A DNA stretch of 64,000 bases, from contig CAVXTF010000002.1 of NCBI GenBank assembly GCA_963764615.1, positions 1,410,265 through 1,474,264 of the forward strand, written 5' to 3'. Under the pieces are notes generated by a model. That model had not been told where the DNA came from. It ran no database searches and was given only the letters and a program-made list of their open reading frames with translations. Shown piece after piece: positions 42,709 to 53,269 of the stretch. Position 1 is the first letter of the stretch; every line of letters starts with the position of its first letter. A program made the translations under genes and the position numbers. The DNA is from an uncultured Acidimicrobiales bacterium (lineage in GTDB: Bacteria; Actinomycetota; Acidimicrobiia; Acidimicrobiales; CAVXTF01).

Positions 42709-43901
42709 GCCGCCGCCACACATTCACATCCGAGTCGGTCACAGAGGGCCACCCGGACAAGATCGCCGACCAGGTCTCGGACTCCATCCTCGACGCCCTG
42801 CTCGAGCAGGACCCGAAGAGCCGGGTCGCCTGCGAGACCCTTCTTACGACCGGGCTCGTCGTCGTTGCCGGAGAGGTGACGACGACTGCGTACGTCGACG
42901 TGCCTGGGCTCGTCAGAAAGACGATCTGCGACATCGGTTACGACCACGACGACAAGGGGTTCTCGGGGATCACCTGCGGGGTGATCGTCTCGCTCGACGA
43001 GCAGTCGCCCGACATCGCACAAGGCGTGGACCTCGCGGCCGAGGTGCGGACCGGGAGCGGGGGGGAGGACCAGCTCAACTCTCAGGGCGCCGGCGACCAG
43101 GGGATGATGTTCGGGTACGCGTGCGATGAGACGCCCGACCTCATGCCGCTTCCGATCTGGCTCGCGCACAGACTGGCTCAGCGCCTCTCGCAGGTGCGGC
43201 GCGCCGGGGAGCTGTCGTACCTGAGGCCCGACGGCAAGACGCAGGTGAGCGTCATCTACGAGGACAACAAGCCTGTGGCGCTCGACACGGTGCTCATCTC
43301 GACGCAGCACGAACCAGGGATCGACCTCGACAACGTGCTTCTGCCCGACCTGAGCGAGCACGTGATCAGACCCCTGCTGCCGAACAACCTCGACACGTCG
43401 AGCGTCCGGATACTCGCCAACCCCACAGGACGTTTCGAGTTGGGCGGCCCCCGCGCCGACACGGGGCTCACCGGACGCAAGATCATCGTCGACACCTACG
43501 GCGGCATGGCCCGTCACGGCGGAGGCGCGTTCTCGGGCAAGGACCCTTCGAAGGTGGACCGCTCCGCCTCGTATGCAGCGCGCTGGGTCGCGAAGCACGT
43601 CGTGGCAGCCGGCTTGGCGAGCCGGTGCGAGGTGCAGGTCGCGTATGCGATCGGTGTGGCTCACCCGATCTCGCTCCTTGTCCAGACCTTCGGCACCTCG
43701 GAGATCGAAGAGCCCGAGATCGAGCAGGCCGTGCGCGAGGTGTTCGACCTCCGACCTGCTGCGATCGTCCGTGACCTCGACCTGATGAGACCCATCTACC
43801 GGCGCACGGCTGCATATGGCCACTTCGGACGCGAGGACAAGGAGTTCACCTGGGAGCACACGCCGCGGGTGGACGATCTCAGGCGAGCGCTTTCGTTGTG
43901 A
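42705..43901 (+). CDS. metK: S-adenosylmethionine synthase
   Basis: [28 protein letters not shown]. Confidence 0.98.
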   Translation: MSRRHTFTSESVTEGHPDKIADQVSDSILDALLEQDPKSRVACETLLTTGLVVVAGEVTTTAYVDVPGLVRKTICDIGYDHDDKGFSGITCGVIVSLDEQSPDIAQGVDLAAEVRTGSGGEDQLNSQGAGDQGMMFGYACDETPDLMPLPIWLAHRLAQRLSQVRRAGELSYLRPDGKTQVSVIYEDNKPVALDTVLISTQHEPGIDLDNVLLPDLSEHVIRPLLPNNLDTSSVRILANPTGRFELGGPRADTGLTGRKIIVDTYGGMARHGGGAFSGKDPSKVDRSASYAARWVAKHVVAAGLASRCEVQVAYAIGVAHPISLLVQTFGTSEIEEPEIEQAVREVFDLRPAAIVRDLDLMRPIYRRTAAYGHFGREDKEFTWEHTPRVDDLRRALSL

Positions 43902-43951
43902 GAGACAGCCGGCCGTTTTGAAGCACGGCCGCTAGGGCCGCGGGTCGATCC

Positions 43952-45886
43952 TTGGCGGAAGCATCGGACGGCGCGGCCGCCGTGACGCCCGATGTCGACG
44001 TGCCGCAGCGTTACGCGCTCGTCGTGCCCGACGTGCCGGCGCTCAGCAAACAGTTCGTCTATTCGGTCCCGCACAAGCTTGCAGACCGCGTGTTCGTGGG
44101 TACCCAGGTGCGAGTGGACGTGCACGGCAGGCGCGTCGCCGGCTGGGTGATCGACTTGCCAGCCGAGGCGCCATCGGGCGTCTCTGTCCGGCCGATCGCG
44201 GCGGTGCGCGGAGTGGGGCCTCCCGGGCCCGTCGTGGACATCGCCGGGTGGGCGTCGTGGAGGTGGGCCGGATCGATGGCGTTCGCGCTGCGCACCGCGT
44301 CGAGCGACAAGGTCGTGGCGAGGCTCCCTGCTCGAGCGGTTCTCGGACCGCCACCGCCTTTGCATCCCAATGAAGCCGGGGATAAGGGAGGTCTTGCATC
44401 GGAGGCGTTTGCGTCTGGTGCGTCGGTGGTGCGGATCGGTCCGACGGGGGACCGTCTCGGGATCCTCTTGGCGGCAGCTCGCACTTTGTGGACGCGGAAC
44501 AACGGGCCCGACCGCTGCGGGGTCCTGGTTCTGGCTCCTACCCATGCGCAGTCCAAAGAGGCGGTTCGCCGGTTGAGGTTGGCGGGATATCCGGTCGCGT
44601 CGCTTCCGGAGGAATGGGCCACGGCGCGATCGGGGAACTGTGTCGTCGTCGGGACGATGTCGGCCGCGTATGCGCCTCTCGAGCGATTGTGCGCCGCAGT
44701 GGTACTCGATGCTCACGACGAGGCGTACCACGCGGAGGCCGCTCCCACGTGGTGCGCGTGGGAGATGGTGGCCGAGCGCGCCAGGCGCGACGGAGCACCC
44801 ATTGCGCTCGTGTCGCCGTGCCCGACGCTCGATGTGCTCAGAGTGGGCCGGCTCTTGGTCACCGATCGCCATTCCGAGCGGCGGGCATGGCCCCGCGTCG
44901 AGGTCGTCGACCGCCGTGCGGACGATCCTCGGACGGGGCTGTTCTCGGAGCGCGTGGTTCAGCTGGCCAGGTGGGCGGCAGACTCAACGGCGCGGCCGTC
45001 CCGGCGCGTCGTGTGCGTGCTCAACACGACAGGCCGCGCCCGGCTGCTCGCGTGCGCGTCCTGTAGGGCACTCGCGCGTTGCGAGCGTTGCAAGGCGGCG
45101 CTTTCGCAGCTGCAGCAGGAGCCCGGCAGAGATCCCGAAAGAGCGCCCGGGGGAGCGCCCCGATCATTGTTCTGCCGCAGGTGCGGCCTCGAGCGCCCAA
45201 ACATCTGTGCGGAGTGCGGGTCATCTCGTCTGCTCGTGCTCCGTCAAGGGGTCAGCCGAGTGCGCGAGGAGCTCGAAGCTCTGTCGGGCACGGCCGTCGC
45301 CGAGATGTCCGGCAAGCCTCCCCGCCCTGGTAGCGCTCAGGCCGAGGGGCCGGCGGACGAGAAGGTGGTTGTCGGCACCGAAGCGGTCCTGCACCGCGTG
45401 GAGAGGGCGGACGTCGTCATCTTCTTGGACTTCGACTCCGAGCTCATGGCGCCGCGCTTGCGCGCCGGTGAAGAAGCGATCGCGCTCGTGTCGCGCGCTG
45501 CCCGGCTCGTGGCGCGGCTCAGCGCGCGGGCCCGATCGCCCGCCGGGCGGTCCGCTCGTCGTCCAGACGCGCATACCCGACCATCCGGCCATCGTCTCGG
45601 CCGCAGACGGGGACCCGTCGCTCCTTGCTTCAGAGGAGCTTGAGGTGCGGTCGATGTTGGAATTACCGCCGTTCAGCGCGCGCTGGCCAGACTGTCGGGG
45701 GCGGCGGCGAACGCCTACGGCGAGGCGCTCAGGGCCCGCGCTCCCTCAGAGGTCGCGGTGATCGGTCCCGACGAGGGGGAGTGGCGCGTGGTGGCCCCCG
45801 ATCACGATCAGCTCTGCGACCTGTTGGCGGCCATCGCGCGCCCCGCGGGTCGCCTACGGGTCGAGGTCGACCCCGTCCGGGCCTGA
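43952..45886 (+). CDS. priA: Primosomal protein N' (degenerate helicase motifs); frameshifts near the 3' end
   Basis: N-terminal 3'-DNA-binding domain, four CxxC motifs, VVGTE, VQT, LPPF, VEVDP; metK-priA-def-fmt synteny. Confidence 0.88.
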
Positions 45887-45893
45887 ACGGCGC

Positions 45894-46004
45894 GCGCCCG
45901 GCTCCGGCAGTCGAGCACACGGCGCCCGGCTCCGGCGGCCGAACACACGGCGCCCGGCTCCGGCGGCCGATTGGCACGCCCCCCGTTCGGGCGGCCGATT
46001 GGCA
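45894..46004. repeat. 28-bp period tandem repeat between priA and def
   Basis: GCGCCCGGCTCCGGC at 45894, 45922 and 45950; GGCGGCCGATTGGCA at 45962 and 45990. Confidence 0.9.
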
Positions 46005-46029
46005 AAGAACTTGGCATTACCATGGCGCC

Positions 46030-46593
46030 GTGCCCGGCTACACCATCCGCATGTACGGCGACCCGGTCCTGCGCCAACGGACCGCTGACGTGACCGAGAT
46101 CGACGGCGTGCTCAAGCAGCTCGCCGACGACATGATCGAGACCATGTATGCGGCTCCCGGAGTCGGACTCGCGGCACCTCAGGTCGGGATCCAGAAGAGG
46201 TTGTTCGTCTACGACGCGGGAGAGGGCCCCTCTGTGGTCATCAACCCGCGGATCTCCCAGTCGTCGGGTGAGTGGACGTTCGACGAGGGTTGCCTCTCGG
46301 TGCCCGGGCTGTCGTGGTCGATCGTCAGACCCAGAGACATTCTGCTCGAGGGCCTCGACATCGACGGGAACGAGATAGCCATCGAGGCCGAGGAGTACCT
46401 CGCACGCGTGTACCAGCACGAGGTCGATCATCTCGACGGTGTGCTCTTGATCGAGAGGCTCGACCCGGACCAGCGCAAGCAGGCGATGCGGACATTGCGC
46501 CAGATGACGTTCGACCCACGAAGTCCTCGACCAGATGTCGATCACGACGAGGCGGACGGCCCTTCAGGCCACGGGGACGGTCCACGGCTGTAA
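46030..46593 (+). CDS. def: Peptide deformylase
   Basis: GVGLAAPQVG, EGCLS, QHEVDHLDG. Confidence 0.97.
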   Translation: MPGYTIRMYGDPVLRQRTADVTEIDGVLKQLADDMIETMYAAPGVGLAAPQVGIQKRLFVYDAGEGPSVVINPRISQSSGEWTFDEGCLSVPGLSWSIVRPRDILLEGLDIDGNEIAIEAEEYLARVYQHEVDHLDGVLLIERLDPDQRKQAMRTLRQMTFDPRSPRPDVDHDEADGPSGHGDGPRL

Positions 46594-46681
46594 CACCGGG
46601 AATACGCAAGGGGCGCGTTCGCAGAGATCGCGTCGGGCAGTTTGTCGACCGACGACCGCTCTCGCATAGGAGAATCTCTTG

Positions 46682-47572
46682 ATGTCGCGGCTCGTGTTCC
46701 TGGGCACGCCTGACGCAGCGGTCCCGTCACTTCGGGCGCTCGTGGACACAGGTCACGAAGTCGTCCTCGTCGTGACCCGACGCGACACCAGGCGATCGAG
46801 GCGTGGGGACCCGGAGCCGAGCCCGGTGAAGAAGGCCGCGCTCGACCTGGGTCTGGTGGTCACCGACAAGCTCGACGAGGTGCGAGACGCGAACGCGGAG
46901 CTCGGAGTGGTCGTGGCGTACGGACGGATAATCCCCGCGAGCATTCTGGAAGTGCTCCCGATGGTGAACGTCCATTTCTCGCTGTTGCCGCGCTGGCGAG
47001 GCGCAGCGCCGGTCGAGCGGGCCATCCTCGCTGGAGATCCGACGACGGGCGTCTGCGTCATGAGGCTCGAAGCAGGTCTCGACACCGGCCCGGTTCTCGC
47101 TCGCGCCGAGGTGCCGATCGGGGACGAGGAGACGGCCGACGAGTTGCGAGAGCGCCTCAGTGTCCTCGGAGCCGGTCTGCTCGCGGACGTCGTTTCGGTA
47201 GGGGCGTCCGCGCTGCCACAGGGCGAGCAACAGCAGGGCGAGGCGACTTACGCGGCGAAGATCGAGCCCGAGGAACTGGAGCTGCACTTCGACGCGCCGG
47301 CGGAAGAGCTCGCCCGGCTGGTGCGCGTCGGGAGAGCCTGGACCACCTTCAGGAACGCCCGGCTGATCGTCGTGAGAGCGCGAGCGTGCGCTGATTCTCC
47401 CGGCGATCAACCGGGACTCCCGCCCGGCGCCCTTCATGGCACATCGGTCGTCACGGGCGACGGGGAGCTCGAGCTCATCGAGATCCAGCCGGAGGGCCGC
47501 AAGCGCATCGGTGCGGAGGAATGGCTTCGCGGGGCGCGCCCGCAACAGGGCGAGCTGCTCGGGCACAAGTAG
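46682..47572 (+). CDS. fmt: Methionyl-tRNA formyltransferase
   Basis: FLGTP, VAYGRI, NVHFSLLPRWRGAAP, GLDTGP. Confidence 0.97.
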   Translation: MSRLVFLGTPDAAVPSLRALVDTGHEVVLVVTRRDTRRSRRGDPEPSPVKKAALDLGLVVTDKLDEVRDANAELGVVVAYGRIIPASILEVLPMVNVHFSLLPRWRGAAPVERAILAGDPTTGVCVMRLEAGLDTGPVLARAEVPIGDEETADELRERLSVLGAGLLADVVSVGASALPQGEQQQGEATYAAKIEPEELELHFDAPAEELARLVRVGRAWTTFRNARLIVVRARACADSPGDQPGLPPGALHGTSVVTGDGELELIEIQPEGRKRIGAEEWLRGARPQQGELLGHK

Positions 47573-47582
47573 TCTCGTCGCG

Positions 47583-48242
47583 GTGCTGCGGATCGCCCCT
47601 TCGGTGCTGTCGGCCGACTTCGGCGGTCTGGCCGAGGCGGTCGGCGAGGTCGCACAGGAGGCCGACTCCCTCCACATAGATGTGATGGACGGTCACTTCG
47701 TGCCGAACCTGACCATCGGGCCACCCGTGGTGGAGTCGCTCCGCCGGCACACAGGTCTGTTCTTCGACTGCCACCTGATGATGACCAATCCCGGTGACTA
47801 CCTCGAAGCCTTCCGCAAGGCGGGAGCCGACGGCTGCACCGTGCACGTCGAGATCGGCGATACGGCCGAACTGCTTCGCACGTGCCGTGAGCTCGGGCTG
47901 GCGCCCGGGCTTGCTGTCAATCCCGAGACTCCCGCAGAGGCTGTCGAGCCGTACCTCGAGCTCACGGACCTTCTGCTCTGCATGACCGTCCACCCGGGAT
48001 TCGGGGGCCAGGAGTTCATCCACGACGTGCTCCCGAAGATCGAGAGGCTGAGAGCGGAGCTCGACCGCCGCGAGCTTTCGGTGGCGCTTCAGGTCGATGG
48101 CGGGATCGACGAGCGGACGGCCCCCCTCGTCGTGGCCGCCGGTGCTCGGGTGCTCGTCGCGGGTTCTGCTGTCTTCGGCCACGAGCGACCCTGGGAGGCG
48201 GTCCGTCGCATCCGGGCCGCGGGTAGGGCGGCTCTTCCCTAG
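47583..48242 (+). CDS. rpe: Ribulose-phosphate 3-epimerase
   Basis: IAPSVLSADF, HIDVMDGHFVPNLT, MTVHPGFGGQ, VDGGI. Confidence 0.97.
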   Translation: MLRIAPSVLSADFGGLAEAVGEVAQEADSLHIDVMDGHFVPNLTIGPPVVESLRRHTGLFFDCHLMMTNPGDYLEAFRKAGADGCTVHVEIGDTAELLRTCRELGLAPGLAVNPETPAEAVEPYLELTDLLLCMTVHPGFGGQEFIHDVLPKIERLRAELDRRELSVALQVDGGIDERTAPLVVAAGARVLVAGSAVFGHERPWEAVRRIRAAGRAALP

Positions 48243-48299
48243 CCGTCTTTCTTGGGCCAACGAGGCCGGAGGGGCCGCCCAAGTAGACTCGGAGGTCCA

Positions 48300-49385
48300 G
48301 TGAGACCGACCGACAGCGCGCCGTCGAGTGCAGACGACCAGGACGTCCGTCTCATGAGGCGGGCAATCGCACTCGCCGCCGGAGTGCGTACGACCACTTC
48401 GCCGAACCCTTGGGTCGGTTCCGTGGTCGTGCCTTGCGACGTGAGCTCGGAGTCGGCCGACGCCGATTCACACGTGGAGCTCGAAAGGTGCTTCGAGGGG
48501 GCGACGTCTCCCCCCGGGGGCCCGCATGCAGAGGTTGCGGCGTTGGCTGCAGCGGGCGACCGCGCCAGGGGCTCGACTCTCTACACGACCCTCGAGCCGT
48601 GCTCACACCACGGTCGCACCTCTCCTTGCACCGACGCCATCGTCGAGGCGGGGGTGAGCAGGGTTGTCGTGGGGCTCTCCGACCCGGATCCCTCCGTTGA
48701 CGGCCACGGCGTGGAGGCACTTCGCCGAGCCGGCATCGAGGTGACCGTGGGTGTGGCGGCGCGCGAGGTGGAGGAGCAGCTGGCCGCGTACCTGACGCAC
48801 CGGCGCACCGGCCGCCCGCTCGTTGTGCTGAAGCTGGCCGCCACGATGGACGGACGCATAGCCGCGCCAGACGGGTCGAGCAGGTGGATCACAGGTCCCG
48901 ACTCGCGCCGCGACGCGCACGAACTTCGCCGGATGTCGGACGCGGTCCTAGTGGGTGCCGCGACGGTCCGAAGCGACGACCCTGAGCTGACAGTCCGAAA
49001 CGAGCCGCTCCCTGACCGCCAACCGTTGCGGGTCGTGCTCGGCAGCGCACCCGCCGGGTCACGGGTGCTTCCCGCGGTAGAGCTGTCCGGTGACCCTGCT
49101 TCGGTGCTCGACGAGCTAGGGGGGCGAGGGGTCCTCCAGCTCCTCGTAGAGGGAGGCGCAACGGTCGCAGCAGCGTTCCACCGGGCGCAGGTGGTCGATC
49201 GGTACGTGCTCTACCTTGCTCCGGCATTCTTCGGTGGTGACGACGCGGTGCCCCTGTTCGCGGGGCCGGGAGCTCCGACGATCGAACAGCTCTGGCGAGG
49301 TCGGGTCGTCTCGGTCGAGCGCCTCGGTGACGATGTCCGGCTGGAGATCGCACCTGGACGCGATTCGGCACCCCGGGCCGCGTGA
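48300..49385 (+). CDS. ribD: Riboflavin biosynthesis deaminase/reductase
   Basis: PNPWVG, HAE, TLEPCSHHGRTSPC, SRWIT, LLVEGG. Confidence 0.95.
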   Translation: MRPTDSAPSSADDQDVRLMRRAIALAAGVRTTTSPNPWVGSVVVPCDVSSESADADSHVELERCFEGATSPPGGPHAEVAALAAAGDRARGSTLYTTLEPCSHHGRTSPCTDAIVEAGVSRVVVGLSDPDPSVDGHGVEALRRAGIEVTVGVAAREVEEQLAAYLTHRRTGRPLVVLKLAATMDGRIAAPDGSSRWITGPDSRRDAHELRRMSDAVLVGAATVRSDDPELTVRNEPLPDRQPLRVVLGSAPAGSRVLPAVELSGDPASVLDELGGRGVLQLLVEGGATVAAAFHRAQVVDRYVLYLAPAFFGGDDAVPLFAGPGAPTIEQLWRGRVVSVERLGDDVRLEIAPGRDSAPRAA

Positions 49386-50737
49386 TGGGCTTCGCTCCGG
49401 TGAAAGACGCGATAGAGGCAATCTCGAGGGGGGAGATCGTCATCGTCGTCGACAGCGAGGACCGCGAGAACGAGGGCGACCTGATAATGGCGGCCGAGGC
49501 CGCCACGCCGGAAAAGATCGCATTCTTCCTCGCGCACACATCAGGGGTCATTTGCGTTCCGCTCACTCCCGAACGTCTCGACGAGCTCGATCTTCCGCTC
49601 ATGGTCTCTTCGAACACGGAGTCACAGCGCACTGCATTCACTGTCAGCGTCGATGCAAGGCTCGACACGACCACGGGCATATCCGCCTCGGACCGCGCGG
49701 CAACGGTGCGTGCCCTGGTCGATCCAAAGACGAAGCCAGACGACCTGAACAGGCCAGGTCACATCTTTCCGCTGCGGTACAGGCCGGGCGGCGTTCTGAA
49801 GAGGGCGGGCCACACCGAAGCGGCCGTCGACCTGGCTCGGCTCGCGGGAATGGCGCCGGCCGGAGTGCTTTGCGAGGTCGTGAGCGCAGACAAGTCGCAG
49901 ATGGCCCGCCTCGAGGAGCTCGAAGCGTTCGCGGAACTCCACGGCATGCCCCTCATTTCGATCGCGGACCTGGTAAGGCACAGGAGCCGCACCGAACGCC
50001 TGGTGAAGCGGATCGCAGGCCCTGTCAGGATCCCGAGCGAATGGGGCGACTTCTCCGGGTATGCCTATGAATCGGTGCTCGACGGCGAACAGCATCTCGC
50101 TGTCGTCGCCGGGCAGGTCTCGGGGAAGCCGAACGTCCTTGTACGTGTCCACTCGGAGTGCCTCACAGGCGATGTCTTCGGCTCGCTTCGCTGTGACTGC
50201 GGACCGCAGCTTCACGCGGCGTTCGGGCTCATAGCGCAGGAGGGTTCGGGCGTGGTCGTGTACCTGCGCGGGCACGAGGGCCGTGGCATCGGCCTAGCGC
50301 ACAAGCTCCGCGCTTACAGCCTCCAAGAGCAGGGCCACGACACCGTCGACGCCAACTTGGAGCTCGGCCTGCCCGTGGACAGTCGTGAGTACGGTATCGG
50401 CGCCCAGATCCTGATGGACCTCGGTGTCACGACGATGAGAGTCATGACGAACAACCCGATGAAATACACCGGGCTCGACGGTTACGGGCTCGACGTCGTG
50501 GGCCGCGTTCCGCTCAGCATCGAACCGAACATCGAGAACCGCGCCTACCTGATGACCAAGCGCGACCGGCTGGGGCATCTGTTGACCGGCCTCGATGTCC
50601 CTGACGTCGTCGGGCACGGCATCGACGTCCACGGCCCCGATTCGAACGGGAGCGACTCTGCGGCTCCTGTAAGCAGCAAAGCTGACGGGGTGGCCGGGCC
50701 TGAACACGGACCGCGTGGGGAGCTAGACCCCGATTGA
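49382..50737 (+). CDS. ribBA: DHBP synthase/GTP cyclohydrolase II
   Basis: DRENEGD, RAGHTE, RVHSEC.TGD..GS.RCDC, EGRGIG, TNNP. Confidence 0.97.
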   Translation: MMGFAPVKDAIEAISRGEIVIVVDSEDRENEGDLIMAAEAATPEKIAFFLAHTSGVICVPLTPERLDELDLPLMVSSNTESQRTAFTVSVDARLDTTTGISASDRAATVRALVDPKTKPDDLNRPGHIFPLRYRPGGVLKRAGHTEAAVDLARLAGMAPAGVLCEVVSADKSQMARLEELEAFAELHGMPLISIADLVRHRSRTERLVKRIAGPVRIPSEWGDFSGYAYESVLDGEQHLAVVAGQVSGKPNVLVRVHSECLTGDVFGSLRCDCGPQLHAAFGLIAQEGSGVVVYLRGHEGRGIGLAHKLRAYSLQEQGHDTVDANLELGLPVDSREYGIGAQILMDLGVTTMRVMTNNPMKYTGLDGYGLDVVGRVPLSIEPNIENRAYLMTKRDRLGHLLTGLDVPDVVGHGIDVHGPDSNGSDSAAPVSSKADGVAGPEHGPRGELDPD

Positions 50738-51301
50738 CATCTGACGACTCGACCAGGCTCGGGGCAGCGGATCTCGATGCGCTGTCGGCGCGCGGCTCGT
50801 CGTTGATCGTGGGCGACCCTTCGGTTGCCGCGGCGAGTGAAGCGCGGTTGTCGGTGATATGCGCCAAGTTCAACGGAGGGATCTCCGCGCGACTCTGCCA
50901 CGGCGCGCTCGACGGATTCGCATCCTTCGGCATCCCACCAAGTGCTGTTAGCGTCGCCTGGGTCCCGGGTGCGTTCGAGCTGCCCCTGGCTGCCAAGCGA
51001 TCTGCGACGGATGGCGGTGCACACGCCGTCGTTTGTCTGGGTGCGGTGATACGCGGCGACACTGCCCACTTCGAAATTCGTCGCGGGCGAGTGCGCCGCC
51101 GGGATCCAGAGAGTGAGTCTCGACACTGGAGTGCCGGTGGTCTTCGGAGTGCTCACGACCGACACCGTCGCCCAGGCCCTCGAGAGATCGGAGCCAGGCC
51201 CCACCAACAAGGGTTACGAGGCTGCTGTCACCGCGCTCGAGATGTTCGACCTGTTGCCGCAGCTGACCGCTCGTGCCACGGCGGTACGGGCCGGCAGCTG
51301 A
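50734..51301 (+). CDS. ribH: Lumazine synthase; frameshift near 51076
   Basis: [29 protein letters not shown] and NKG in the second frame. Confidence 0.93.
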
Positions 51302-51352
51302 AGGCGTCAACGCGGTAACGCTGCCCGACGGAAAAGATCGACAGGAGAACGC

Positions 51353-52228
51353 ATGCTGCGCCTGGTGCTACCGAAAGGATCCCTCGAGATCCCGACGTTC
51401 GAGCTGTTCAGCGACGCCGACCTGACGGTGCGCCGCAGCTCCGACGTGGACTACAGGGCGAGTATCGACGATCCGCGCGTCGACGAGGTCCGCATCCTGC
51501 GCCCGCAGGAGATTCCCCGCTACGTCGCAGACGGGATGTTCGACCTCGGCATAACGGGAAGGGACTGGGTCGAGGAAACGGGTGCGGATGTCGTGACGGT
51601 GGGAGAGCTCGCGTATTCGAAGAACTCTCCGGACCCAGTGAGGGTCGTCCTTTGCGTTGCGCAGGACTCACCCGTTCAACGGATGTCCGACCTGCCTGAG
51701 GGCTCAAGGGTGTCGACCGAGTACCCCGAGCTCACCCGCCGGGCCCTCGAAAAGGCCGGCATCCGGGCCGAGGTGAGGATCTCCTACGGCGCCACCGAGG
51801 CAAAGATTCCCGAGATCGCCGATGCCGTGGTGGAGATAACCGAGACAGGAAGGGCGCTAAGAGCGGCCGGACTGAAGATCGTGGAGACGTTGCTCACGTC
51901 GAGGACCGAGCTCATCGCGAACCCTGCTGCCGCAGCGGACCCGGTGCGGCGCCACGCCATGGACCAGCTGCACACGTTGCTCGTCGGCGCGCTCGAAGCG
52001 AGGACCAAGGTGCTTCTGAAGATGAACGTCCCCGCCGAAGCGTTGGAAGCCGTCGTCGGGATGCTGCCTGCGATGAAGGCGCCCACCGTTTCCGAGCTTT
52101 CCGGCAGCGGAGGTTTCGCGATCGAGACCGTCGTCGAGAAGTCTCAGGTCAACATCCTGATCCCCGCTTTGAAGGACCACGGCGCGTCCGACGTGATCGA
52201 GCTCGCTCTGTCGAAGATCGTCCACTGA
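51353..52228 (+). CDS. hisG: ATP phosphoribosyltransferase (long form)
   Basis: LPKGSL, RPQEIP, DLGITG.D, GATE, ETGRAL, PTVS.L regulatory domain. Confidence 0.96.
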   Translation: MLRLVLPKGSLEIPTFELFSDADLTVRRSSDVDYRASIDDPRVDEVRILRPQEIPRYVADGMFDLGITGRDWVEETGADVVTVGELAYSKNSPDPVRVVLCVAQDSPVQRMSDLPEGSRVSTEYPELTRRALEKAGIRAEVRISYGATEAKIPEIADAVVEITETGRALRAAGLKIVETLLTSRTELIANPAAAADPVRRHAMDQLHTLLVGALEARTKVLLKMNVPAEALEAVVGMLPAMKAPTVSELSGSGGFAIETVVEKSQVNILIPALKDHGASDVIELALSKIVH

Positions 52229-52233
52229 TCGCC

Positions 52234-52560
52234 GTGCAATCCGTCAGGGTGCTCCGAGCGCCGAGGCTGGGCAAGGTGACGAGGTTCGACGAGGAGCGCG
52301 GGATCGGAGAACTCCTCGCCGACGACGGATCGACGCTCCCTTTTCATTGCACGTCGATCGCCAACCGACAGCGCCGCATACCTGAGGGAGCGCGGGTCAC
52401 GTTCTCGACAGCCGCCGGCCATCTCGGCGAGTTCGAAGCCACAGGAGTGACGGTGGTGACCCTGAGCGCCGACAGCGCCGGTTGGTCGGTGGGCACCGAT
52501 ATACCGCCCGCCTCTGGATCCGGGGACCAGACCGATCAAGTGCCCGATGCCGGCAGCTGA
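52234..52560 (+). CDS. Cold-shock-domain-like protein
   Basis: GKVTRFDEERGIG, PFHCTSI, EGARVTF, EATGV. Confidence 0.75.
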   Translation: MQSVRVLRAPRLGKVTRFDEERGIGELLADDGSTLPFHCTSIANRQRRIPEGARVTFSTAAGHLGEFEATGVTVVTLSADSAGWSVGTDIPPASGSGDQTDQVPDAGS

Positions 52561-52579
52561 GTGGGCCAGGCCGGGTGGG

Positions 52580-52670
52580 TCAGGCCCAGTTGGTCAGGCC
52601 CAGTTGGTCAGGCCCAGTTGGTCAGGCCCAGTTGGTCAGGCCCAGTTGGTCAGGCCCAGTTGGTCAGGCC
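52580..52670. repeat. 6.5 exact tandem copies of TCAGGCCCAGTTGG (14 bp)
   Basis: Units at 52580, 52594, 52608, 52622, 52636 and 52650, with a partial unit at 52664. Confidence 0.97.
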
Positions 52671-53122
52671 GACTGCTGGCCGTCCGAGTCGCGCGAGGCG
52701 CTGATCTGGACGTAAGCGAGCCTGATCTGCGCCAGGGCATCCATGAGGGGCTGCTCCACGTTCCCGAGCCTGCCCGAGAGTCCTTCGACCAGTGCTCCGA
52801 GCGCGTCGACCGCGAGGCGGGCCTTGTCCAGCTCAGGGGGTTGAACCGAAAGGTGGAGTGCCGCGAGCTCGAACAGGCCGTAAGCGTGATTGGCCACCAC
52901 GACCTCGACGGGAGCGTCGAGAAGCTGCTGGCGGATCTCGTCAATCTCGGCCTGGTCGACACCGGCTGGCTCGTCGTAGCGCTCCGAAGGGACCTCATTC
53001 CCACGGCCTGCCGCGTCTGATCCGCCCGGGGCGCCAGGTCCACCTGATGCGGGCGCAGGGGTTGGCGCCGGCGCTGGGCGTTCGACCTTGTGCTCACCCT
53101 CGGGAGTCCACAAGCTGCTCAC
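52664..53122 (-). CDS. DUF1844-like protein divergent from infC
   Basis: LWTP N-terminus, LFELAALHL, ARLAVDAL, ALAQIRLAYV; usual actinobacterial position. Confidence 0.75.
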   Translation of the reverse strand: MSSLWTPEGEHKVERPAPAPTPAPASGGPGAPGGSDAAGRGNEVPSERYDEPAGVDQAEIDEIRQQLLDAPVEVVVANHAYGLFELAALHLSVQPPELDKARLAVDALGALVEGLSGRLGNVEQPLMDALAQIRLAYVQISASRDSDGQQSA

Positions 53123-53269
53123 AGGCGTGGATCGTACCGTCTGGACTCGACTGCGACGCGTTGGGCCGATCGTTTCCGGCGCGTCGAGGCGGCCACCTGA
53201 TCCTGCTGGCGGACGTGGCAGCCCAGCTCGAGGGCTGGGCTTCTAGCGGGCGGCTGGTAACGTGACGGT

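Noticed and set aside
41877..43859. 660-aa minus-strand ORF and many other long antisense ORFs
   Set aside because: These are shadow ORFs of high-GC genes (here coaBC/metK) with no recognisable motifs
43952..45886. PriA lacking Walker A and DEAH motifs
   Set aside because: Helicase-degenerate PriA is already known in Actinobacteria
52580..52670. Possible CRISPR array (also considered at 45894-46004 and 20259-20361)
   Set aside because: The units are contiguous with no unique spacers, and there are no cas genes in the window
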